Below, piece after piece: positions 13,126-25,126 of a stretch of 64,000 nucleotides of DNA. This DNA comes from Camelus ferus. Taxonomy: Eukaryota. The notes beneath the pieces are model-generated. The model saw nothing but the letters and a program-made list of their open reading frames with translations, had not been told where the DNA came from and did not search any database. The position numbers and the translations under genes were made by a program. The DNA lies in contig NC_045697.1 of NCBI RefSeq assembly GCF_009834535.1, positions 37,512,001-37,576,000 of the forward strand, given 5' to 3'. Numbering within the stretch: position 1 is the first letter of the stretch; each line of letters starts with the position of its first letter.

Positions 13126-13640
13126 CTTTTTTTTTTTAAATTTAAGTATCATGGACCCAAAATATTATCAAATTTCCTGATTTTAATCAGTAATTTGTCT
13201 TTTTTCAGTTGCATTAATCTTTCTTGACTGATATTTGCCAACAGGTCATCAATTATGTCAATTTTGGGGGAACATTTTGACAAGGTTTTGTCAAGTGAAT
13301 CTTCCTCACTTTTGCATGTATTTCCTCTGGGTGGGCAGTAGAGAACAGAGGTGAGTACAGGATGCAGAGGGAAGCAGATGCAAGGTCTGATCATGGATGT
13401 GGTTTTATTTTTTGCCTTTTCAGGTCTTACTTCTTTGAGGACAATAATTTCTACCTCCTTCTGTTCACTCATATGTGTCATTCATTTGGCAAGTTCATCA
13501 GATATATCAACTTCAAATCCCTGAAAGTAACCAGAAGTGCTTTCAGAATCTGCTTAGAGGTCTCTTTCTCGTCAGTCTCCTCCACTGTAATATGTGTTCC
13601 CACATGCAGCAGCCTTTTTGGAAGAGTTATTTTTTTCATT
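13126..13640 (-). pseudogene. Possible decayed retrocopy or TE coding remnant; parent unidentified
   Basis: One frame runs ~160 codons with three stops, followed by an A12 tract on the minus strand. Confidence 0.35.
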
Positions 13641-14562
13641 TTTAAAAAAACAGACTTTATTTTCAGTTTTAGGTTCATAAAAAAATGAGAAGAAAGTACA
13701 GAGATTTCCTATATACTCCCTGATCCACACATGCACTGCCCCCACCCTCATCCCCAACTACTGGCATCCTCCACCAAAGTTTGTCACAATTGATGACCCT
13801 ACATTGATATATCTCTACTACCTTAACCCATAGTTTATGTTAGGGTTCACTCTAGTGGTGGCGTACATTCTATGGGTTTGGACAAATGTATAATTACATG
13901 TATCCATTATTATAATCTCATGCAAAATATTTTCACTGCCCTAAAAATCCTCTGTGTTATGCCTATTCATTCCTCCATCCCCCTAACCCCTAGCAACCAT
14001 TGCTCTTTTTACTGTTTCCCTAGTTTTGTCTTTTCCAGAATGTCATATAGTAGGAATAATACAGTTTGTAGCCTTTTCTGACTGATTTCTTTTACTTACT
14101 AATATGCATTAAGATTCCTCCATGTCTTTTCCTGGCTTGCTGGCTCATTTCTTTTTAGTGCTGAATAATATTCCATTGTCTGTCTGTATCATAGTTTATT
14201 TGTCCATTCACCTACTTAAACACACCTCGATTGCTTCCAAATATTGACAAATATGAATTAAGCTACAAAAACATCTGTCTGCAGGTTTTTCTGTGAACGT
14301 AAGTTTTCAACTCATTTGGATAAATACCAAGGAGCACAATTGCTGTATCACGTGGTAAATTTTGTAAGAAACTGCCAAACTATCTTCCCAAGTGGCCGCA
14401 CCATTTTACATTCCCACCAGCAATGAATGAGAGTTTCTATCACTCCACGTTTTCACCAGTATTTGGTTTTGTCAGTGATATAGATGTTGGTCATTCTAAT
14501 AGGTGTATTACAGTATCTCATTGTAGTTTTAATATGCATTTCCCTCATGAGGTGTGATTTTG
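13640..14562 (-). mobile_element. Old L1 3' end (L1MC-like)
   Basis: 'cagttttaggttcata...aaagtacagagatttcctatatac' and 'ccattttacattcccaccagcaatgaatgagagtt'. Confidence 0.85.
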
Positions 14563-15086
14563 AGCTTTACTTTTTTATTAATTTTCTTATTCCATTTTAT
14601 TGGTTTTTAGTTTGGTTTAGTTTCTACATTGACATTTTACTGCAAAATAATAATACTTGCCTCCCAAGGTAATTGTGAGGAAGAAAGGAGAGACTCTGAC
14701 ATTTTTAAATACAAAGTCTCAGTTTATAGTCTGCCTTTCTGTATCTTGCTCAAGTTTGCTGAAGCTGGAGCTGGAAGTCACATGGGTGGAAAGTCAGTTC
14801 CCATGTGTGAGGCTGAAGTTTCATAAGGTAATTGATCTCAAATACACAATACTTTGTGAGCACAGAGAAGGAAACAACTAGATTTGCCTGGGAATTGGAT
14901 GAGACTCTATGGTGCCTGGAATATAGCAGCTCCTCAATAATTATTTATTGAATGAGGGACTTCTTGAGAAGATAGACTCTGGAGCTAGACTACTGAGAAC
15001 TGAATCCAATTCCATCACTTTATCAGATATGTGTCTTTTGGCAAGTTACTTAACCTCTCTGTTTCTCCACCTGAAAAATGGGGTTA

Positions 15087-15540
15087 AAAGCAGCCAAAAT
15101 CTGGAAATAATCCAAGTGCCCCCAATGGATGAATGGATAAACAAATTGTGGTATATACATACAGTGGAATATTACTCAGCCATAAAAAGGAATGACATAC
15201 TGATACATGCTACAACATGGATGAACCTTGAAAACATGCTAAGTGAAAGAAGCCAGCCACAAAAGCTCACATATTATCTCATTCTATTTATATGGAATGC
15301 CCGGGAGAGGTAAATCCATAGAGACAGAAGGCAGATTGGTGGTTCCCAGGGGCTAAGAGAAGGAGTCATGGGATCCACTTCTTCATGGGTACAGGGTTTT
15401 CTTTCGGGGTTGATGAAAATGTTTGGATGAAACAAGATAGAACTGGTGGTTGTATAACACTGTGAATGTACTAAAAGCCACTGAATTGTACACTTTAAGA
15501 TGGTTAATTTTATCTTGATTGAACTTTACCTCAATAAAAA
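15087..15540 (+). mobile_element. Old L1 3' end (L1MB-like)
   Basis: Translation DEWINKLWYIHTVEYYSAIKRN...ATTWMNLENMLSERSQ; ends 'ttacctcaataaaaa'. Confidence 0.88.
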
Positions 15541-15554
15541 TATTCACTGGATAT

Positions 15555-16200
15555 GTTAAACAGAAGATTTGGCACAGCTGAGCAGTAAGTTAGTGAAATG
15601 GAAAATAGATCTCATTAAATTATCCAGGATGTTGCAGAAAGATGAGATATGCAAGACAAGTTAAAATACACAGAGATAGAACAAGAGGGTCCAGAGTTCT
15701 AGAAAGAGGTAAAAGATAAAACGGGAAGAGGCGTATTTGAAGCAAAAATGACAGAATTTTCGAGAAATGTTTTGTTGAAAGACTCGAAACCTCGTAACAA
15801 GGAAGCCCAAAAAGTCCCAAGAAGAATAAATAAAAGGAAATGCACACCTAGGAATATTCTAGTAAAACAGTAGAATGCCTAAGGCAAAAAGAAGAGGCAG
15901 CCAGAAAATAAAAACCACTTCTGAAGCAATGATAATCAGACCCCTGGCTAGCTTCTCAACTAGTAGTAATAAAAGACAAAACACAGGAATAAAACATGTA
16001 GTGTGCTGAAAGAAAAAGTACTACCATTGTAGACTTTCAAAGAAAGCAAAAATAACTTTCAATAATGAAGGCAAAATTTGGACAAACAAAAAAAAATTGA
16101 GAGTTTTACCACCAATAGATCTTTGCCCAAGAAAATCCTAAAAGATTCACTGTAAGGAAAAAAATTCCAGATATTAGTAAATATTGGGTAAATCTAAATG
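15555..16200 (+). mobile_element. Ancient L1 ORF1 remnant
   Basis: 'gtcccaagaagaataaataaaaggaaatgcacacctaggaatattctagtaaaa' reads VPRRINKRKCTPRNILVK, matching the ORF1 RRM/CTD motif. Confidence 0.7.
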
Positions 16201-16404
16201 TAATTGACTGGATAAAACACTACGTTAATGTGTAAAATGTGTGATTAAACAAAATGTGTAACTAAAATACTTAACATGGTAGCATTTAAATTGTGGAGAA
16301 GGTGATAAGGGTTAAAGTGTTCTGAGGACTTACACTGCCTGGGAGGAGTGTAAAGATATTAAGTATGGTAAAATACCCCGAGTAGCTACTGAAAGAAGAC
16401 TTCT

Positions 16405-16930
16405 AGCTGTCCCTGACATCCATTGTCCCTTTCGTATGCATTTTTTATCTGCCCACATGCCCATTTTTTCAGCCTTGAGGCTGCAGTGACTGAGGTGCGG
16501 TGGATGGCGTTTTTACTCCCATATATACGGTGCCTCTCCTTGTGGGAGGATTTTACCTCCCCACCCCATTGACACCAGGTTTGGCCATGTAATCTGTAGT
16601 GTCCGTCCTTTGAGAGGATTCTGTTTCCACACTCTGATAATGTCAGCCTTGGCCATGACCTTTTTAAGACAATAAACTATCAGTGGAAGTAAACTGTGTC
16701 ACTTTCTGAGCAGAGGTTTTCAAAGTCACCATGAAGTTCTACCATCTCTCTCTTCCTTCGGCTACGCCCTTAGCAATGCTCCAAGAAGGGACTGCTCCTT
16801 CAGCCTGGGCCCAAGAACAAAGCAAAGCTGAAATGGACAGGTAATGTGAATGAGAAATAAACCCACGGGAAAGCCACTTAGATTTTGGAGTTGCAGCTGC
16901 ATTAGTGCAGCGTAACTTAATCTCAGGTGA
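16405..16930 (+). mobile_element. Old MaLR LTR (MLT1H/I-like)
   Basis: 'ttggccatgtaatc', 'gggactgctccttcagcctgggccc', 'tgagaaataaacc...aagccacttagattttggag'. Confidence 0.7.
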
Positions 16931-17269
16931 GTAAATGCCTCAAAACAAAGTACTCCTAACACACCAACAACAAATAAACAAACAAAACCTCACATTTACA
17001 GTCTATGGCACTGGCTTTCAGAATGTGGAGTACGTGGCTCGGAAATGTTAGCAGAGGCTAAAAAGATGATAATGCGCATTAAGCAGTGGCGAAACATTGA
17101 CCAACACTGCTGCCTGTGCTAACTTAAGAGGCAAATTAGGTGCCCGGTGAGCTTATGATTTAAGCCGAAGAATGTGGGAAAACAGGATGGGATTCTAAAT
17201 TGTATATTACCAAAACGTAGCTCAGTCTAAGATGACCAACAGACTGAGCCATGTGACCAAATATGTCAG

Positions 17270-17540
17270 TAGTCCTAAGAAAGTAAGTAGACTCAACTTC
17301 TACATTGAAAAGACACAGATCTTCAGATTAGAGGTTTTTAAAACTCCAGCTAGATGCTACCAGAGACATAATTAAAGCATAAAGACATTGCAGAGACTGA
17401 GAATATGAGGGAAGAAGACAGGGAAGACCAGTAAGAGCAAAGGAAAGCTGATATAAACGTCCAGCTTTACGTTCTTTAACTGCATAGACCCGGCTAGAGT
17501 AGTCTCAAACACGACAAAGTTCACTTAAAAGCAAAACACT
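17270..17540 (+). mobile_element. Ancient L1 ORF2 endonuclease N-terminal remnant
   Basis: Degenerate match to the NGLNSPIKRHRLSDWI...CCLQETH...KKAGVA coding pattern. Confidence 0.55.
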
Positions 17541-17573
17541 GCAATTCCAATTCAAAAACAGCCTTAAAAGCCT

Positions 17574-18001
17574 TTGTTAGGGGGTGAGTCATGCCTCTCC
17601 AGAATTCATGTTAAGTCGTGTTCCCAATGCTTTATGATGAGACTGTATTTGGAGAAAGGATCTTTAAAGAGACAATTAAGTTTAAACGAAAGTCATTAGG
17701 GTAGGACCGAATCCAATTTACTAGTATCCTTATAAGATGAGGAAATTTGGATCCAAAGAGACACCAGGGATGCATGGGCACAGAGAAAAGCCCATGAAGG
17801 GGACACAAGGAGAAACAGCCATCTACCAACCAAAGAGAGAGATCTCAAGAGGAATCAACACTGCTGCCACCTTGATCTTGAATTTCAGTCTCCAGAACTT
17901 TGAGTAAATAACTTTCTGTTATTTGAGCCACCTAGTCTGTGACTTTGTTTGTGGTACCCGGTTTGTAGCACTTTGTTATGGCATCCCGAGCAAAGTAATA
18001 G
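17574..18001 (+). mobile_element. MaLR solo LTR (MLT1B-like)
   Basis: 'gactgtatttggagaaaggatctttaaagag...ccttataagatgaggaaatttgg...caccttgatcttgaatttcagtctccagaact'. Confidence 0.85.
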
Positions 18002-19171
18002 AGCCTTGAATAATAGTAATTAACAGAGGTAGTAACGATAATGTCATACCCCAGATCTTTTCAGGCCATTTCCTTTGGAGAATTCCAAAGATCAAGAAAA
18101 CAACCATGTGCAACGGGAAGATGTCTTCTGGCAACTCCCTCCTTACAAAGGCGCTTTTAATAATGGGTCTTGGCACAGAAGTAACCAGTATTGTGCCCTG
18201 GGGCGGGTCTCACCATTGTCCGCCTCTGTGGGCAGCCGAAGAGAGCCAAAGATGCAACGCTGTCCGAGGGAGTGCCATCTGGGAGGACGTTGCTAAAGAA
18301 AACAGGGGCTCTGGCTCCTGGATTTGTCATTCTGATCCAGTTTCATCGCTAACATTTGTAAGAAAAGAACATGCTCTTTCTTTCCCATCACATTGGACTG
18401 GAGCCAAATATGATTCTCCGTGCTGAAGGCGTTGGGTAATAGCAATATCATAATAATCGTTTTAGAGAACATTTCTCTCCTACCAGCTCTGACTGAACAT
18501 ATTTAGATTCCAAAGACAGCATTAGGGGGTGAGAACATTTGTCCTTTAAAGACTTCAATTCCAGGACTTCAACTGCTCCCTGGTTTTGTCATTTGTTATT
18601 CATATGCGTTAATCAAATTGTTCAAATATTTTTATTTCTGCCTATAAATGGACTCATTTAGAAACTCTTCATAGCATCTCCAAGCTAATTATTTACTAAA
18701 AAAGATTTCTTTCATTTTTTCATTTTCTCATCGTTCTTCTTTCATCATCGAGGTCATGCTTCTCATCTGAAACCTCAATGTGTGCTAACTTTACATTTTT
18801 ATAAATTCATATATTGAGGGCATTTTGTTTTGGTCCAGTGTTTTCCCCGCTGGGAAGGGAAGGTTGTATTTATAGGCGCCTATAAATGCAAGGCTTTGTT
18901 CGGCTGATCTTTTCTGCCTTCTCACCCCCTCGGGGTGATGGCTAGAAATCTGCGCAATCCTTGTTTTTTAAAAAAATAAAGAATGAAAGACAATATGATA
19001 CAGTTGGTCTCTGTTGATTACTTAAGGAGTCTGGTGACTGAAAGTCCTGATCAAAGGCACTGGACAATAAAAGCCAAGCTTGTGAGGGGAGAGGCTGGAG
19101 GCAACAGGATTTAAGAAAGAATGACAGAGCTTCTCCAGTCTTACCTAATAATTTCTTCTTCATTTTATTCA

Positions 19172-19352
19172 TATTTTTTATTGAAGTGTAGTCGATTTAC
19201 AATGTTAGTTTCAGGTGTACAGCAAAGCAATTCAGTTATACATGTACATACATACATACATATTTTTCTTCTGTTTCTTTTCCATTACAGCTCATTACAA
19301 GAAATTGAATATAGTTCCCTGTGCTCTCTGGTAGGTCCTTGCTTCTTATCCA
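19172..19352 (-). mobile_element. Short young L1 3' end
   Basis: 'ttattgaagtgtagtcgatttacaatgttagtttcaggtgtacagc...gaatatagttccctgtgct'. Confidence 0.88.
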
Positions 19353-19639
19353 CGTCACATGTGCTTTCTTCCTTCCCTTATTTACTTCTTTCCTCTCTGC
19401 CCTCTGGTCTTCCTCCTGCTCTCTGTTTTTCTGCATTTCATTTTCTCCTTCCTTCTTTCCTGCAAAGAACACTGTATGATTGAACCATAGGCCAGAAGTG
19501 GTCAAGTATCAGCAATTTCACACACTTCCACCTAATACAACAAACAAAATTCAAGATTTAAGGATTCTATATACCAAGAAAAGAGAATAACAGCATAATA
19601 TTATTGTAAGAAAATAGAAGTTTTTCCTTATTTGAGAAA

Positions 19640-19850
19640 GCAACAAGGTTTAGCACTGGCTGTGGATTTAGCTGGGCCTGAATGGAATCCGAGTTCCATA
19701 GCGTGCTTGTTACAAAACTTTGATCAAGTGACTTTGCCCCTCAGAGCCTTAGTTTCCTTATCTGTAAAATGGGGATTCTGGTCCCAATTCTTATAGGATT
19801 TATCTGAAAATCAAAGGTAAGCGTGAAAAGGCATACTCCCTCATAAAGTG
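19640..19850 (+). mobile_element. MIR SINE
   Basis: 'cagagccttagtttccttatctgtaaaatgggg'. Confidence 0.75.
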
Positions 19851-20478
19851 AGTGGTCTGACACATATATGTGTCTAACTATTTCATGGTGTGTTTAGATG
19901 CTTTGGTGATGAGAAAATGCAAATGAATTCAAAAGCATTACTGAACACTTGTAGCTCTGAGTCTGTATCCACAGGCTGATTCAGAAAGAATAGAGCACAT
20001 TGGGGAAAAAAGTGTGTTATTTAGTGACTAGCAAACGTAGAGTTAGCACCAGCTTGTGAGCGCTCACATTTCACCTGTCTTGAGAAAACCATGAATCATT
20101 TTTGTGTCACATTCAGCACTGCCCCAAGAAAGCAATAAAGAAGGTGGGCTGAGAAAACTGTGTTCCCCAGGCCGTGATCTGGCATCTTCTCTGGAAACGA
20201 TGGAGACCTTCTCACACCCACTGCTGGCCGTGATGGAGGCAGATAAGGTGAAATGTTAAAACTTCAGCTGCTGTTTTCAGGTTCACATGAAAGACAGAGT
20301 TGACTTTGCAGGTTGTCTCAGATTCAGTGAGAAGGCCACGCTGATTTAACCAAAGCAGTTCATCTCCAAGCATCTACCTGTGGGGCGCCGGGTACCAGCA
20401 GGTGGTGATTGAACATGGAAGGGATTCCCCAACAGTTCACGCCTTTTGTGACAGATCACACATGGGACTGTAGGCCAT

Positions 20479-20938
20479 TGTGTGAGTGTGAGCGCGCGCG
20501 AGTGTGTGAGCGTGTGTGTGTGTGTGTGAGCGTGTGTGTGTGTGTATGTGTGTGTGTGAGCGTGTGAGTGTGTATGTGTGTGTGAGCGTGTGTGTGTGTG
20601 TGTGTGTGTGAGTGTGTGTGTGTGTGTGAGCGTGTGTGTGTGTGTGAGTGTGTGTGTGTGTGTGAGCGTGTGTGTGTGGAGTGTGTGTGTGAGCGTGTGT
20701 GTGTGAGTGTGTGTGTGAGTGTGAGCGCGCGCGAGTGTGTGTGTGTGTGTATGTGTGTGTGTGTGAGCGTGTGTGTGTGTGTATGTGTGTGTGTGAGCGT
20801 GTGTGTGTGTGAGTGTGTGTGTGAGCGTGTGTGTGTGAGTGTGTGTGTGAGTGTGAGCGCGCGCGAGTGTGTGTGTGTGTGTGAGTGTGAGCGTGTGTGT
20901 GTGTGTGTGAGTGTGAGCGTGTGTGTGTGTGTGTGTGA
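20479..20938. repeat. Complex (TG)n microsatellite with GAGC/GAGT interruptions and three (GC)4 islands
   Basis: Directly visible; source of the His-Thr and Cys-Val ORFs. Confidence 0.98.
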
Positions 20939-21199
20939 ATGTGAAGAGCAGTGGCAGGGGTCTAAAGCCAGGACACACTGAAAGGTTTTTCCTACGGCTT
21001 CAGGAAGTCCTTGGAAACCTCATTTTCCAGCAGGAGAGGCTCCCCTCACTTCCGTGGTGCAGTCCAGAAGTTCGTTCAGGAATATATTCCAGGACACTGG
21101 GTAGGACTTTCTTTTTAAATATTGACTTAACTCTGGGATAGCGGCCACCAGGGCTCAGATCATCACACCGCTGACATCGTGTGGGGCCAGGTCAGGGAT

Positions 21200-21670
21200 C
21201 TCGCAGTCCTGAGGGAGTGCAGAAAGGCCGTGGGTTGCCATTTCAATCCCCCAGAGTCTGGGGTGAATGGACATGAGCAGCGTAAGCTGAGCGGCTGTCT
21301 GGTTGTAGACATGACTGTGAGAGGTCCTTTACAACTCTGGTTTCAAATACGGGCCACCCAGTAGCTTGAATGCCGAGCCATGTGCCTTTAAACATGTTCA
21401 GTAATTCTGGGGTCACTCTTCATTTTCTCAGTCGACAGCTCCTCACACTCTCCTGCAGGTGTCTGAAGGATTCTGGAGATTGAAAAGAAAATTCACATAC
21501 TCAAGGAAGTTGGGATCCCCCGCCGGAGGCTGCTTGACTGAGCCTGGGTCTCTCTCACCCTGCGTCTGAACTAACCTGCTGTTCAGGCCTGATGTTTGCC
21601 CCAGGGGGAACTTTACGAACTGTGTTCCACCATCACGGGAACCTAGTTTCCTAGAACAGTGAGTCCCTGT
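21200..21670 (+). repeat. Diverged direct repeat, copy A (partner at ~34150-34640)
   Basis: Identical 24-mer ATTTTCTCAGTCGACAGCTCCTCA at 21422-21445 and 34371-34394, with colinear weaker matches on both sides. Confidence 0.75.
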
Positions 21671-22827
21671 TCCTCCTTCTGGCTTCTCAGCACACAGATC
21701 ATCCTTTACAGGAATCACCGCCAACCACATGGCACCATTTCCCCTGGTCTGGCGTGGAGACTTGTTTATTAAGAGAAGAAAATCTTCTGCCTTTAACATG
21801 ATGACCCTATGTCACATTCCAGCCCACAGCAGCCAAAACTGAGGAGAAAAATGACCAAGCCTGGGTTGTCCAGCCCCTTCCTCCAACAGATAGCCCCGTC
21901 CAGCCCTGGGAAAACTCTGGGTAGCACAGCCTGTTTCCCTGGCCTCACTGTGCACACCTCCCAGCAGATGCCCCGTGACACCTCGCGGCCTTGGCCCTGC
22001 TGCAGGCCCTGCTCTCGAGGCCTCCGGATGCCATCATCCTGGAAGCCTCTTCGCAGCTCCAGCTGGAAGGAGGCCGCAGCACACATGGCCTCCCACAACC
22101 CAGGTCAGGATCGAGAAATGTTCTGGCCACCAGTGTTCTCTTATTTGTGGTTATTTCTTGCTTCTCATTTTGCAGCCGGCACCAAACCCCCCTGCAAGAG
22201 GATACTGCCTCGCAAGTTGACAGCTCTCAGAGAGGGGAAAATGTCTAAACTCAGCAAACTGCCTGGGCTCATTCCTAGAAGCAATTCAGGTCATATAACA
22301 AAAAGGTACGCTGAAGATGCATTTCTTGGAGCAAATCTGTCATAGGACAGAAAAGCGTGTGGCCTGCCCCACCACCTCGTTGGCGGCATCTCCTGGCCCC
22401 CTGCCCCCCAGCCTTCTTCCTCTTTTCTCTCTGCCTAAGTGCTGCTTTGTCCTGTTGCTGGTGCTGCCACCACTGTGACCGTCCTTGTGTTGTGGGCGCC
22501 CATTGTGTGGCCGGTGTTTTGCCCAGGGGAGGGCCTCACGCTGGCTTGGTGGACTCAAAGTGCCAAGGCTGCCGAAGGAAGATTGTCTGACCACAATCCA
22601 CCTGGCATCCATCAAAGACAAATAAACAAGCTGTGCTTATCACCAGGCTGCCTGGCGTAGCCAAACTGTAAATTACATCCGTAACGGACCGCCTCAGCTG
22701 CGTCACGTGGTCCAGGCCAGGCCCCTGCCGGTCCTCCGTTTTAACTGCTCTATGTGGAGTTGAGTGTCACCCACCATGGCTTCAGCTTGGGTGTGGACAC
22801 TGTTTCATTTGTCCTTTTAAAGTTGGA

Positions 22828-22829
<2 letters not shown>

Positions 22830-22876
<47 letters not shown>
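22830..22876. repeat. (CA)n microsatellite
   Basis: Directly visible. Confidence 0.98.
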
Positions 22877-22877
<1 letters not shown>

Positions 22878-23121
22878 CTGACAGTAAACAGATCAAAGTA
22901 TGAACAGTGGTTGCCTTTGCCTGGTGACTATGGGCACTTTTTTCCTTTATATGGCTTTTTATTTTCCAAAGTTTCTTTAATGAGGGCTTAATCATTTCTA
23001 TACTTAAAAAAAATGAACAGATAGTTTTATTTTAAAAATTTCAGAAATCAAAAATTCTAACTTCTCTGTGGGTGAGGAGGTGGAAAATAAGGTGGGCTGA
23101 GTTTAAAGAGCAGGCGAATTC

Positions 23122-23393
23122 AGAAACAGACTTGAAGAGATAGGAAACAAACTTGTGGTCGCCAAAGAGGAGAGAAAAGGTGGGAGGGACAAATGAGGGG
23201 GATGGGATGAACAGATACCTACTAATACATTATAAAATAGAGGAGCCACAGGATATACTGCATAGCACAGGGAACTACAGCTTTATCTTGTAATAACCTG
23301 TGATGGAGTATAAACTGCAAAAATTCTGAATCACTATGCTGTACACCTGAAACTAACACAAGCTTGTAAATCAACTATACTTCAATGAAAAAG
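23122..23393 (+). mobile_element. 5'-truncated young L1 3' UTR
   Basis: Similar to 12120-12400; TSD ending ggcgaattc on both sides. Confidence 0.88.
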
Positions 23394-24984
23394 AAGAGAG
23401 TGGGCGAATTCTGACTGTATCAGAGCAGAGCAGCCGGGTGAGTCAGAGCCCAGTTGCAGCTCTGGCAAACCATCCCCAGCAGAGCCATCTTAGCCTCCAG
23501 CCCTGTGTCCTGTCACACTGTCACACAGCCGGCACACTCCGGCTTCCTGTGGAACAGTGCTGATCTTCCTGCAGGATTTCGAGCCGAGAGGGCTGTTAGC
23601 GAAGTGTTTCTCCTTTTCGCCATTACCACACCTCTGCCAACTTTGCCTAAGGGAACAGCAATCCAGGACCTCCTGGAGTGAAGGCTGTGGGCTCTTCAGT
23701 AATTTTTGTTACAGCCTTCGGCTCTTCCTGCTTTTCTCATCCATCTCACAGGGGAGTGAGCCGGAGCCAAGGTGGTTTATCACCTCGCACTGTGCCTTAC
23801 TCAAGTTTATGCAACAGAGGGCAGATCTTTGTGAGCACCTGTGCCCATTTGGGCAAAGCAATCAGGGCACTCCCATCCATCACTTTTAGGAGACCAGTCT
23901 ACACAGTACCTGACAGAGTCAGCTGAAAGGCCTGCTTGTTTTAGGAATTGTATAGACACACTTCTCATCAGAACATCATTCACTTCTGTAGGAAAATAAA
24001 CCAGCCATGCTGATTGTGTATTTCAAATATACCTGTGATCATAATATTGGAATCATTCAGTTTCAATCTGATTGACTTGGCCCCTGACTTGAGCCTGAGG
24101 ATGGGGAAACTCTCGAAGATAAATGGGTGCACCATTCAAAACACATTTTCAATAGAAATGTTAATTTGTTTTCATTTTAGGAGTTATTTCAGAGAATTTA
24201 CTCTATCGAATTTCAAGAAGTTAATTTTGAGCTCTGAGAAAGGAGACCCTCCTTTCTTGTCTGCTGGCTCCTAAAAATGGTTCTACCAAAATTCTGCCTG
24301 CAAAGACGCTGCAGAGAGATAATACAAATAGAGGTTATGAAGTCAGGAATCACGGGGGGAAGTGCAAATCCACAGGACTTTCAGCTCTGAGGCAGCATTC
24401 TCAAATGCTGAAGTCATCTCCCATTCACCAGAGGCCCTCAGATCTGCACATCGATATGTGAAATTGGAGGCTAATATGCAGATATTGATTTCTTTAAGGG
24501 TGAGTGTCAATATTTACAATCCCAAGAGGTGGCAATGGATTGAGGCAAAACCAAAGTTGGCCTGGTGACTGCCAAGGTCATGGCAGAGCAATAATTACGC
24601 TCTTCACCATGCTGCTCAAAGCCTCTGCCTCCAAGTGGTGCCCATTATTTAGTTGAAAAGCAAAAACCTTAGTTGGCGGTTTGGATATTACCAACCTCTA
24701 TCACCTAAGGGCTAGGTAATGTGACAGTCCAGTATTTACTAGATGTCTTCTACCACATAAGCTCCATCAAATTAAAATCATCTTGATGGATGGAGGCTTT
24801 TCTTAAATTAATTGATCAGGACTACTATCTCCAAAATTGAGATGCTTCCACAGTGGTATGAGTCCCTGAGAAACGTTGCCATAATGCTGGGAGTAGGTCC
24901 CTTTTCTCAGGGATGAAAAGGGTAGACCAGAACCTCAGAACACCTGGCTTCAAGGTAAAATCCATCCACGTTAGGAAAATAAAG

Positions 24985-25126
24985 AGCAGGGATTCTTAAC
25001 TCTGGCAGGACATTAGAATCCCAGCTCTAGAAATTCTGCTTGATTTAATTGATCTGTGCTGGGCATATATTTTTAAAAATGTGTCCCAGTGATTTTAATG
25101 TGCAGCCTGTACTAAAAACCACTGGT
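24985..25126. mobile_element. MER5-like hAT MITE
   Basis: 'cagggattcttaactctggc...cattagaatc...gtgattttaatgtgcagcc...aaaaccactg'. Confidence 0.7.

Noticed and set aside
14994..15005. 12-nt match to the 5' end of miR-146
   Set aside because: Lies in a MIR remnant, diverges after 12 nt and has no precursor hairpin.
19859..19874. 16-bp palindrome GACACATATATGTGTC
   Set aside because: Low-complexity CA/TA/TG composition makes it unremarkable.
20053..20071. TTGTGAGCGCTCACA, matching the symmetric lac operator core
   Set aside because: No vector sequence around it; a 14-bp palindrome can arise by chance in 64 kb.
20346..20981. 210-aa His/Thr-rich and 129-aa Cys/Val-rich ORFs
   Set aside because: They are translations of the (TG)n tract.
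21395..21450. C/D-box snoRNA reading of the duplicated core (minus strand TGAGGA...CTGA...ATGAAGA...CTGA)
   Set aside because: Box C is non-canonical, the first guide is only 8 nt, spacing differs between copies and the terminal stem is weak; an H/ACA reading lacks a second hairpin. snoscan/Rfam would settle it.
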